A stretch of DNA of 64,000 nt from Octopus vulgaris (Eukaryota). The stretch spans positions 4,402,001 to 4,466,000 of the forward strand of contig OX597819.1 in assembly GCA_951406725.2 (NCBI GenBank), in the 5' to 3' direction. A program made the position numbers and the translations under genes. Below are positions 27,379-39,010 of the stretch, piece after piece (the stretch's first letter is position 1; each line of letters opens with the position of its first letter). Under the pieces are notes generated by a model. It did not search any database. It was not told where the DNA came from and saw only the letters and a program-made list of their open reading frames with translations.

Positions 27379-27432
27379 GATATTCGTTGTGTTCTGTTTT
27401 CAATTTATGTTTGATATATATATATATATATT

Positions 27433-27768
27433 TAAAGACCCCCTTCGGTCATGAATGACCATGGGATTTCACCTAGAATGTTACCCTCCTAGACACAAGT
27501 CCGGGCAAGGTTGTTTATGGAAGGCCAGCAGTCGCCCATGCATACCAGCCTCCCCTCTCCACGCCACCAGTGTTATCCAGGGGAAAAACAAAAGTCGATA
27601 CAGCTTGGCACCTGTGACGTCGCAACTCATTTCTACAGCTGAGTGAACTGGAGCAACGTGAAATAAAGTGCCTTGCTCAAGAACACAACACGCAGCCCGG
27701 TCCGGGATTCGAGCTCACAGCCTCACGATCGTAAGCTCGACGCTCTAACCACTGAGCCATGCACCTTC
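27433..27768 (-). mobile_element. SINE family A
   Basis: Near-identical to 51-386. Confidence 0.9.
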
Positions 27769-27769
27769 A

Positions 27770-27899
<130 letters not shown>

Positions 27900-28083
27900 A
27901 TTAAACGATGAATGTTACCTATTATTACCCTAATTATATTCACATATTATCCATTACCGACTAAAACAACTTATAACCTTATAACCCAGGCATATACCAA
28001 TATTGGCCATAAAATAATATTCCGTCTGCTCTGACGATTCTAAAATACAACACATAAAAACCCAACAGTATACATTTTTCTAC

Positions 28084-28181
28084 CCCTCTGAAGAGATTTT
28101 ACCTAGTATAATGATTTTAATAATTGCTATTTAATAATTGCTATTTAATTATTTCCGGTTTAATTGAAACAGCTGTAAGGG
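28084..28181 (+). ncRNA. Type I hammerhead, canonical core, long AU-rich helix II
   Basis: CCCU-CUGAAGA-GAUUUUACC...GGUUUAAUU-GAAA-CAGCUG-UA-AGGG. Palindromic helix III. Confidence 0.75.
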
Positions 28182-28407
28182 ACTATGTTTGACTTTTGCA
28201 GATAATAATTTTTTTTATTAAAGGCTACATCTCCATTTTCTTATTTTCTTTTGAATGATTATAAACCATGGCTTATATATAAACTTATTATTTTTAAGAA
28301 TATTATTATTCAAAAGTATTTGGTACTGAACCAGTAATTTATTGGGTGATACCATCCCTTAATATATTTGCTGTATTTCGGGAAGATCGAATCTCGATTG
28401 ATACTCT

Positions 28408-28716
28408 CTCTCTTTTACTTGTTTCAGTCATTTGACTGCGGCCATGCTGGAGCACCGCCTTTAGTCGAGCAACTCGACCCCGGGACTTATTCTTTGTAAG
28501 CCCAGTACTTATTCTATCGGTCTCTTTTGCCGAACCGCTAAGTGACGGGGACGTAAACACACCAGCATCGGTTGTCAAGCAATGCTAGGGGGACAAACAC
28601 AGACACACAAACATACACACACACACACACATATATACACTTGCCCATGGTGCCACACAGTGGGATTGAATCCGGAACCATGTGGTTGGTAAGCAAGCTA
28701 CTTACCACACAGCCAC
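28408..28716 (-). mobile_element. SINE family B with internal deletion
   Basis: Homology to 3664-4062. Confidence 0.88.
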
Positions 28717-28719
28717 GTG

Positions 28720-31120
28720 AATATTTCATCAAAGATAGGGGGAAAAGAGAACATATATGGAGAACTAATGAGCAACCTGCAGCTCTTATATCCAAGCTAT
28801 AGATTTTCCATGGTTAGGGTTATGGAGTTCTCTGCTAAATTCTCTTTGAGTCTCCTATCCCACCATGCCATAAATAGGTTAGCTACATCGCCAGCGATAA
28901 TGACACCGATGGCTGCAGCTTCCTTTTGTATATCTTGTTATTGAACTTAAATATGTGGCCCTTGAGTGTGATCTTGGCACTCACATCCGCCGCATGTGCG
29001 ACCATCTTTTTAAGCTGATCATCGTTTTTCGGGGTTCGTATAACTCTGGTCCATCCGTTCCATCTCTCTACAGGAGTCTTCTTATCCATAGAAATTATAG
29101 TAGGGGTGTCTGCCTCTTACCAATCTAGTGGGGTAGAAACAACTAAATTTATGTTAATCTAAGAAACCATTGTCACATGTTAGTCTTAAGAGGAGGCCCA
29201 GTTCTTCTGTGTGAAGACCACGAAACTCCACATCGCTCTCACTGATCACCTCTACACATTTCTTCACAGCAAAATTAACATCAATGGATGGATATGAGGA
29301 TACTACGTCTATATTTCCTAATATGCATCCCGTCAGGTCATAAGCATGGTTGCAATCATTGATTCTGCTGAGATCCTTTGTGCTGTCACACACATCCGGG
29401 GACATTTTGATCCGGGGACATTATGATCATAGAGAGGAAGCATGAGATCTGGTAGCTGTTGGCAACATTGGCTCCGCAGACCGGTCTCGCTGGTGGTCCT
29501 GTTACTGGGTCAGTAGTTGCCTTATGGTCCTTGAGGAGCCTTTACAGTGCCTTAGGAAAATCTACAAGAACGCAGCCATTGCAACAATACCAAGTTCAAT
29601 ATTCTTATAGCAGACTTGGTAAGAGTGATGAGGAAAGTGTCGCGCATGTGCGATGCAGCACTTCATCCATCGCATGCAGTTTTCTGGCTACAATGAAAGG
29701 GACAGGACTAGAGCGTACAAATGAGCCAGGGTTAAGTACAAAGCCATCATAGAGAGTGATGTTAAGGGGATCTGTCCGCTATACAGGAGTAAATCTTGGA
29801 ACAGCACAGAAAAGACCAGAAAAAAAGATAGATAAGGCTACTCATGGTATGACAACAAATAATACCGGAGTGTCATGTTCGTTGATGCTACCCCTGGCAA
29901 CGAACTAGCATCCCTTTTTAGAAAAACATCGGTTAAGGCCAATCTATGGATTAAAGTAGTAGAAAGGCCTGATGTCCCTATAAAATCCCTGATCTCTAGA
30001 ACCTATGCCTTAGATAGGCTCCCGTGTACAGAGAACAATTGCACTATATGTAGGATGAACCGACATGTTAACTGTAAGGTTAGAAATATAGTGTAGAGCT
30101 TACGATGTACTAAAGGGCGGTGTAGAAACATGACAACTACCTACATTCAAGAGACAGCACGCAGCATAGGAGAGCGTATAAGTGAACACTGGAGAGAGTT
30201 CAAGGAAGAGAAAGGCTCGTCAGTGCTCTACTAACATGCTCAAGCAAAACATAGAGGCTCAGTCAATAGCATAGAGCTTAAAGTATTATCAATGCATGGA
30301 AGTGACACGACACTTAGACAGATCACAGAGGCTAAATACATAGCAACAAATAGGCCGAGCCCCAACAGAGAACACGAATGGAAGAGTAACAACCACCACA
30401 ACAACACACAACATGACGACTAAAGAATGGAGAGAGAAAAAAAACGGATACAAACAGCTTAATACGCATACAATAGATATATATGCACATACCTATGATA
30501 AATACAAAAAAAATTGGAGACATAAAAAGACTGTATACAGGGCAGGGAGGCAAACAGAGGAAGCGAACCCATATACACACACGAACATACGTACGGTAAC
30601 TTCACAAACGGCCGCAACAATATCAACAACATGACTAACAACAATTACAACAACAACAGTTACCACGATGGCAGCAGTGTGGGCGAACACACAAACACAG
30701 TGAGTTACAAGAATGGTACAAAAAGTCGGGTTCAAGGGTAGCAGCAGCGCAACGGGGTAGGTGACGGGGTTGAGCAGGAGGTCATAGTGTTACTAAGAAC
30801 AATCACACAAACACATTTATACACACACACAAACACAGACACGTACGCATATAGGGATAAACATCATGGAAGAACAGAATGGAATAAGCAAAGCAAAAGT
30901 ACACACGAAGACGGAAAGTTTTGCTGAGATGTCAAAGATGTGCGACGAAAGATTTCCGGACAATGGATAGGAGTTAGAATAAGAACAGTAATAAACGAGT
31001 TAAGAACGAGTATATAGTGCGTGTGTTTATTTGGTAAAAAAAATACCCTCCCCAAATACAGCAATATTTGCTTCAACGCGATTTCACACCAGCAATCTTG
31101 CAACACAAATTCATAAACGT
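28720..31120 (+). mobile_element. Degraded PLE of a second clade (Naiad-like) with an inverted 5' segment
   Basis: Minus ~28800-29560: KDHK..GPPARPVCGA, IDVVSSYPSID, AAIGVIIAGDVANLFMAWWD. Plus 29570-30390: TKFNILIADLVRVMR, VMFVDATPGNELA, C..NCTIC, YIQETARSIGERISEH. Many stops. Clade assignment is from motif recall. Confidence 0.8.
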
Positions 31121-31138
31121 ATATACATACATACATAC

Positions 31139-31201
<63 letters not shown>

Positions 31202-31343
31202 CATATACGTTTGTGTGTTTCGATAAACTTCAATACATATCGTTGGTACACATCTTAGTTTTACCATACAAATGAATGCTTCATTTCAACTTGTGTGTGT
31301 GTCCGTACCTATGAGTAATCCGTATGTTTATGTGACTGCATAT

Positions 31344-31750
31344 ACGAGGTCTCATCAATAAGTATCCAGACTGTTGCCATACTAACAAATCGAAAGTACA
31401 CAGAGTAAAGCTGCTTGGTAAAAATTGACCTTGAACTTTGCTGTGCATTTGTACTAAGTTTTAACATTCTAGCTCACTTCGTCTGTCTACAGCAGTGCTT
31501 GGAAGGAAGATGTATAATGTGTGATCACCGCTGAAAGTAGTTTTGGCACAAACTTGGCAGACACGCATCTCATACCCAAATCTTTAGTGATAATGGACTG
31601 AACTGAACCGTAACTAATCTGCACATCCTCTGATAACTCACGGATGGTGATTCGACGATTTCCCCCACAGCTGCACGCATATCAGGTATCGCCAAGCTTT
31701 TGACAAAATTTGATGCAGATTCTCTGCTCAACCTTCCCTGTCATGTCCAA
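31344..31750 (-). mobile_element. Mariner deletion derivative
   Basis: TIR-like TACGAGGTCTCATCAATAAGTATCC. The minus strand reads RRITIRELSEDVQISYGSVQSIITKDLGMRCVSAKFVPKLL. Confidence 0.75.
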
Positions 31751-31759
31751 TGCCATGAT

Positions 31760-34700
31760 CACACGCTACGCTCATAATACTTGTTCGGGAGCTCTTCCCC
31801 TAATCTGTTCAGTGCAAATGTGATTCGTTCTCTCTTTACTTTAAAGTAAGCGTAGGCTTTGTAATACGACCCTGCACTCGAAAGCTATCTGGACTGAACT
31901 TATAACTCTACCTACATCCGCTTAACATAGATTCTATCCGTGTCATTGTTGATATGAAAGTTGTCAGTAGTTGTCACTATATTTCTAGTCCTGATGTCCA
32001 AGTTGCTTCGAGAGTCCAATCCAGTATCTCTAATTTTGGTTCTAGCTTTGACACTGCGAAATGGTTTTATTGAATGAGACAGCTCTGAATATATCTTTCA
32101 AAATCTGCTGAAGTATCGAGGGTACTGAAAATAATGTTGCATTTTATGTAATAAGTTCAAATCAGCATAAAACCTATCGCCAATATATTGATTCATCTAA
32201 AAGATAGTCGGCATCGTTAGCAATTACATTTTCTCACCTCGAAATCAGTTTTCTGATTGCTATAGAGGAAAAAATCAGGTTCATTAGAACAGAAAAAAAG
32301 TATTTGGAGAGCCTGCATCTGAATGCCTTTCCCCGTTAGTAAAGTGTTCAAGTGATCTCTGAGTATGGGAAAATCTTATGGTGGTAGAAAATATGATGGT
32401 GTGAGATCTGGTGAGCAGGGATGGTGAGGTAGAGCTTCCCAGCTAAATTAATTAATATTTTCTTGGGTTATCTTCGCTGGTTATGGCCTTGCATTGCCAT
32501 ATGTTATAATGAGGTGTCCACTTCCCTTCTCTTACACTCTGGCAATTTTCTTGAGATGATCTTGCAGTGTACCAAAATGTATTAAGCCTCCGGTATATGT
32601 CCCGGATAGTTTGATACGGATCCTCTTCAATTGCTCTTTTCACTGCGTCATTACTGAAAACAGTTGATCTTCCTGATCAATACCCATCAAGAAATTCAAG
32701 TCACCATTTTTGTATTTATTAAACTACTTTTGGCATTTCCGAATGCACACCATCAGTTTATGCATCTCAAATGTCTTCACTTGCACATGCCCTTACGAAA
32801 TCCGTAAAGCATGCAATACTGAGTACGCAGCTCGCGAAACTCTTTGTATTTCATAAGCTATCAGACAGAGCATATACAGACAGCGTGTGTGTTCTTTCAC
32901 ATTTTGATCATTAATTCTAAGCTAATTTGTTGGTTGAAAGTACACCATTTATTGATCTGTAAACTATTTGTAATATGATGCCATACTATTTGTTTGAAAA
33001 TACGATATTACTTTTCCGTAACGCAAATATTTTCTTTTGCCACTCTAACGTTAATCATTGTAGCGACATAGGCAATATTATCATCAATTTCGAGGTATTT
33101 GTGGCATTCATCATTTCAGAGAAAGGAGATGGACAGGCTAGTGGTCGACAATCTTTCATTATTTTGCTACCGAAAATTTATCTTGGTGAAACCCCATTCG
33201 TATGTTCCGTGAGAATATCGTACAAGTTCTAACAGCCACTTGGTGTTGAGGATATTACTCAAATAAACTTTAAATCATCAAGAAAAATAGTGAGACGCTT
33301 TATTTTTTTCTCTTCACTGTTGATCCTCTTATGTAATCTTTTTACTTCCTTAACAAGGCTGACAAAGTGTTCACTGCTAGAACGAAAAGCATTATAGATA
33401 AGCTGACACCCTGAAACATTCTTGATGATAGCCTAATTCTCCTAATGATTATTAGTAATAGTTTCAGTTCTGTTTTCCCTGTGGATCATGTTGTCTTTTA
33501 ATTACACCAGCTATTCTAGTTGGAATGTTAAGCAAGTGTAGTGAATCAAGTATCCGTGAATGAGAAATAGAGTTGAATGCTTCTTATAGTCAAGCCATGC
33601 AGTCAACAAACCTCGGTGCTGTTTTCGTTCCTTAAGGACATCTTTGTTGATGAATTACTATTCGGCACTTCTCCAGATTCCTTTCTTTCCTCCGGCTTGC
33701 TCATAAGTCATCCGATTGTGCGTTTTGCAATCATTTTGAAGGAAAATTCAAGCAGCTTGTATATAGCTTATGTACAACATTTAAGCATTCTCCAGACTTG
33801 ATGCTATTAGCTACATGCTTCTCCCAGTTTTTAGCTACGAGCAATGTACTTGCAAATATCGACCACACTGACACATCAAGTTCTTGTTCATTTGAACAGG
33901 TTGACGAGTGCTCTCATGTAGTGTGAGCTTTCTGTACCATTAACCGGCTATTAGGTCCTTCCAAGTTTTCAGTTTAGTATTTGGCACAACTGTCAAGAGA
34001 GTTCCACTGGTGATATATGTTTTAGGAGAAATGTTCACACAATACTCACAATGTAGCGCATCTAAACATTGTATCACAGTTATGTTGTTTGTTTAAATAC
34101 TAGATCCTTTCTAAAAGTTAATTTAGATCATGCATAGGGGGAACTTTTCCTACATTGATGGTATGGTCTTTCATGTTGCGATATGCTGCTTGTAGATATA
34201 ATTTCTTATGATATCGAAGGTTTTCACTTTCGACTGTCAGTTCACGTTTAAGGGCAATTAGCTTACCTGTTAGTGTCTCGTGACAGCCGTCCTTGAGGAC
34301 CTTAGATAATCTATAATGAAATACCTTTGCACTTAATGGTAGTATTTAATTATCCAGTATTTTTCCTGAGTCTCTTACTGTTACGATAGATTGCAATAAT
34401 TCCCATCTGCTGGTGAATGGTAATTGCCACACAGTACAGAAAGACATTCAATGTCTAAAAGTTGGGAGCTTTAATCAGTGTTAGATGTTCCTTAGCAATT
34501 TGATGGATCACGGATAACACCAAGATGATAGCGTTCCTATCGATACGTGTCATAAGCGTTCTTTCATGTAGTTGTTTGTAAATGGTGCAATTTTGTTTGA
34601 ATTTTGCACTTAGCTGCATTTCGAGTTGCTCATAATCTTCCATAATTTTTGTTTGTTCGTTATCAGCAGCCACCTGTTCGTGTAGTGGCTCGTTCAAATT

Positions 34701-34800
34701 TTTGTTTAATGTGCGATTTTGACAGACAATAAGAAGCGCTGCACATATTTTGTCATTTACCGCATTTATTCGAGAACTCAATGGAAAAAGTGATCATTAA
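31760..34800 (-). mobile_element. Heavily degraded R4/Dong-like LINE, interrupted by a mariner remnant
   Basis: Minus-strand pieces: AWLDYKK (33600), MFQGVSLSIMLFVLAVNTLS, FFLDDLK (33270) and NFHINNDTDRIYVKR (31950). The 5' limit is uncertain. Confidence 0.7.
32230..33030 (-). mobile_element. Degraded mariner remnant
   Basis: KRAIEEDPYQTIRDI and WEALPHHPCSPDLTPS (YSPDLAP-like) on the minus strand. Confidence 0.7.
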
Positions 34801-36841
34801 AGGATGTTGATAAAAAAAAAACTAGGATAAAGTGATACAAATATACCCAAATTTTCATTATGGATTTTAAAAAATATAGTGCCTGATGTTTTACTTATAG
34901 AATATTCTATAAAAATTCTGATTTTCATTGAAGTCCCGAGTTTCCTTCTAATAAACAGCAGGGTAGCTTTTTTTAATTCCTTAACAATCATAACGAATGC
35001 AGTTAGATTTAGGATTTATTTTAGAAGCTCGATAAATATTGAACAAATTTACGAAGTTTAAAAAATATACAGTTTAGAAGCATATCCAACCTGGCTTTAA
35101 ATAAAGAAGACTTTAGTTTATTTTTTATTCCAGGAAGGAAAAAAAACTAACATTTACTAAAATATGAAACTGAAAGGAAGTTTGACTTAAATTATTGTAT
35201 GCTTAGTGAATGACTATTTTTCTACTAAATAATCTGAAAGATATTTTGTATAACAATCTTGAAGTAGAAGGAATTAATAATAATCCACTCCAATGAAGAG
35301 TATGAAAACATTTCAAGTATAAACTTATATACATTCTGCTATAAGTATTATACACTTTTTTAAGTTCATTCCATTAAAATCGACTTAACCTCGCGACTTC
35401 CTATGATTGACAAATTTCTGTTTACATGCGACATATCTTCGGAATAAATTTTATAATATCCGTAGCTATTTTCGTTTAATACTTAATAAGTTGGCGATAA
35501 ATATCAACTCTTGTTTAATTCTACAGTTGTAGAAGTTGACAAGTGTAAAGTTGTGTGAGAATATTTACCAACGAAGAGTAAGTGCAAAACATGATTTCTG
35601 TACTTATGTCCCGGGGCAAAAGTTATAAGTATCAACAGCACATTAAGGACAGACCTATCCTCAGCATAAAGCAAAGCAATATTGCAATCAAGTTATCGAT
35701 AGCTTTCTAGACATGCTTTCCTACACATGTTGCATTTTCCAACCTCTGGAGAGATTCTTTGTCTTCTAAATATACAGACAAGTTCAACCAATCAAAGTTT
35801 TACAGATTATTATCTATATATATAAAACTGTATGGTATGTGTATTCATCATGCAAAATCTTCCCTTAAGTCACATTCCTTTCATCCCTATTCTGTCTCCC
35901 AACAACCCAGTCTTTTCCCTTCTCATGCATATACATGTGTGCATCTGTGTCTGTTTCTGTGTGTCTGCGCGTGTTTGTTTGTATATCGTCTGTCAGTGAT
36001 ATTTGCCTCTCGCATAGTCGTTTAAGCACTAAACGTATGTACAGCACTAGTAATGGTGTTGGGTTAAGTGCCGGCACCACTCGGAAATAATGATCGCCGT
36101 TGCTTGGCCTTCTACGCATTTCTGCAACGGCACTTGCCCCAACATCATCACTAGCACAGTTATACATTACTACAGATTACACTCAACTAGACGCAGACTA
36201 TTGTCTCTTCCGAGGTCGTCATACTTAAGGAACTTAAAACAGAAGTAAATTACTTAAAACGAACTAAAAGGGCTTGTAACTTTTCCAGCACAACATCACG
36301 CCCTCAGAGCTCACTTTTCCTTAGGGAGAGAAAGGTTCATAAATGCAACATGAGGAGGAACTTTAAAAACAATATATGAGTCCTACTGTCAATGGGTTCA
36401 TGACTTGAATTAACCATCACCGACATACTCCTCCGAATCCCTTAAAAGAGAAACGCCACTTTACTGTCCGGCTACTGTAGAACTCTCAAGAAGACCATAA
36501 CCTAGTGTTATTTAAGATAGATTATAATTATCAAATTCCTACTATATCATGGAAACCTCAAACCCTGCAATTTTACGTACAGTTGAAAGCATCCCTATCC
36601 TATTCGCCCGTGAACCAGTACTCAGAAATATAATCTGAACTCATTCGAACCTCATCCACATACTCATACACACACCACAACGCACACTCTATCATCGCTC
36701 ACTAAAACACACAACGGATGCACATCATCCTGTCCGTAGTTATCTTAAAGCTTCCTGCAAACACAGAAAAACGTACTTACCGATCCACATGATCTACTGG
36801 CCCCGCAATAACATGCATACATACATACATACATACATACA

Positions 36842-36874
<33 letters not shown>

Positions 36875-36921
36875 GTGTGTGCGTGCGCGCGTGTGTGGAA
36901 GTAAATAACTATATACATTAA

Positions 36922-36935
36922 AAATAATAATAATA

Positions 36936-36990
<55 letters not shown>
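36922..36990. repeat. (TAA)n microsatellite
   Basis: Directly visible. Confidence 0.97.
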
Positions 36991-36991
<1 letters not shown>

Positions 36992-37221
36992 GTAGGTGTA
37001 AACACATGAACAAAATAAAAATAAACAAAAACAAATTACACGAACGTATATAAACAGAAGATACAAATATTACAGGCACTCCCCACCCACACACACACTA
37101 ACATAGACACACACAGAGGTATACGCATGCGCAAATGAAGACACATACAATAGGAATACAAAATACAAAATGGGTGACCGTTAGTAAGGAGAGACACACA
37201 AATAAGAAAGAAGAAAGCAAA

Positions 37222-37266
37222 GGACCACTGATGAGGTCACAGGAGTGTGACGAAAGAACTCTGGCC
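37222..37266 (+). ncRNA. Minimal type I hammerhead, canonical CUGAUGA core, in an orphan pLTR related to the Naiad-like element
   Basis: CCA-CUGAUGA-G-GUCACA(ggag)UGUGAC-GAAA-GAAC-UC-UGG. Downstream TATATAGTGCGCGTGTTTTATTGG matches 31010-31034. Confidence 0.8.
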
Positions 37267-37701
37267 GAAATGATATTAAGATTAAAGTAAAAAATAAATA
37301 ACGCTGAAGCAAAGTAACGTCAAATATATAGTGCGCGTGTTTTTATTGGCTAAACTGGCAAAATGACCATTCCTAAATACAATATATATATACATACATA
37401 TATATATATATATGTATGTTATATATAAGGAGGACTGCAAGATGACACATTCTAAGGTATGTTTTGAGAGGAAAGTATATATTAAGTTGTGCATAAGTGG
37501 CATAGATAGAATGAAATATCTCTAGGAAATGGAAATTAGGTAGAATTATGTTCACTTAAAACATTACAATCCGGCACGCTTTGAACATGATCGAGATACA
37601 AGTACAACTAGTCACTCTTAAATCATGGTCGAAAAAGTGTGCAAGGATCTTTCGTTAATATGTTCCCTTGAAGTATTGAGTTTACTTGGGAAGATAATTA
37701 G

Positions 37702-39010
37702 CCAGTGTTTCCCACACTTTTTTCCCAATTGTCACCTTAAATACTAAAATGCTTAACGCTGCCCCTCCCTAGTTTTAGACTTATAAAGGTACAAATTTAT
37801 TAATGTGACTAAAAAGGAATAATTATGAGAGCACATATTATTTATTAATATGATTAAAATAAGAATAATTAAAATAGCACAGATCATTTATTAATGCGAT
37901 CCCTGTGGCTGATGATCTGCAGCAAGTTTTGCAATATTTGTTTCCAAATTTGATAAAAGAAGTCGTAAATCATCGCGCTTGACTACTTCCATTCGGCTTC
38001 TATTTTTGCTCAAAATTTGATTTACATCGCTAATACCTTTTTCAACTCAGATAGGAGAATGGAAAAGCAATAAAAAGTATTTTGGCTTCCTTCCACAATA
38101 TCGAATACTTCAAACTACATTGCAGCCACATTTCACACAAATTTTGATTTTCAAAAATCAACTTTTCTTTTTCATCTTTTTGTAAATCAATGATTGTTTC
38201 ATGTAATTCAATTTTTTGTTTTATTTTCCATAAAATCAAGGTTTGTTTACCCAGTCAGAAATCTCCTGTTTAATCAAATCATTAAATTTTGTCTCAAAAT
38301 TATCTTTCAATTATTGTAGATGTTCAAAATCGGTCTTCAGATATCTTTTGTAAATACTTTTGTGAAGCTTTCGTCTGCTAAGGTTTCACGCATACAATTA
38401 ATTTTTAAGTTGATGACTGCATTTTTTGCGTATATTATATCGAATTTGGTTCCTTGCCATAAATATAAACCCAGTCTCATCTCCACGAATAAAGCCAATA
38501 CCATTTGCTAGTTGGTCATCAAGATGTATGTATAAGTAAAATTAATAGCAGGCTTCTTTTGACAGTCATAGAAGTTTAGTATTGAGAATTAGTATTTTAA
38601 AATTTTCTCTGCACAATCTAATGTTTAAGGGACCGAATTTTGATTTGTTAACAACTAATATTAGTAAAGCTAAACTTAGAGGCAGTTGCTCACTAAGGTT
38701 GACGAATTACACAGTGAGCTGGGAATGGAGTTGTGAATACTTTAGACATATTTAGATGTCTTTCAAATGTCACCTTCATCATGTGTAACTATGATACGTA
38801 TATCATATGAATTCTTTTCTAGGTGCTCTGCCAAAAGTGCTCTTTTCGACACGATGGTTTTAAAGAAAGACACACAAGCCACTTATCAGTTGAAGTTAGA
38901 TTGGCAAATTCAAACTGCTGGTTGTTTACATTGCTGAACTTTGACTTATATTTCACTGGGGAAGGAAGAGTTTTTTTTAGTTTTTGTTCGTTGGATGCAT
39001 TTTTTCTTTA
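37702..39010 (-). mobile_element. Degraded hAT (Buster/Charlie-like) transposon
   Basis: End CAGTGTTTCCCACACTTTT. C-terminal hAT dimerization-like text LWKEAKILFIAFPFSYL..EKG.S.V...R.R....DLRLLLSNLETNIAKLAADHQPQGSH*. Confidence 0.75.

Larger units (their letters stand above)
26954..27420. mobile_element. ORF-less fold-back element with a hammerhead on each arm
   Basis: Imperfect inverted arms at about 26954-27124 and 27253-27420, with a ~128-bp spacer. Confidence 0.8.

Noticed and set aside
29570-30390. Selenocysteine recoding, as reported for some Naiad elements
   Set aside because: The in-frame stops are a mix of TAA, TAG and TGA with frameshifts, and the TGA is not at a Cys position. This is ordinary decay.
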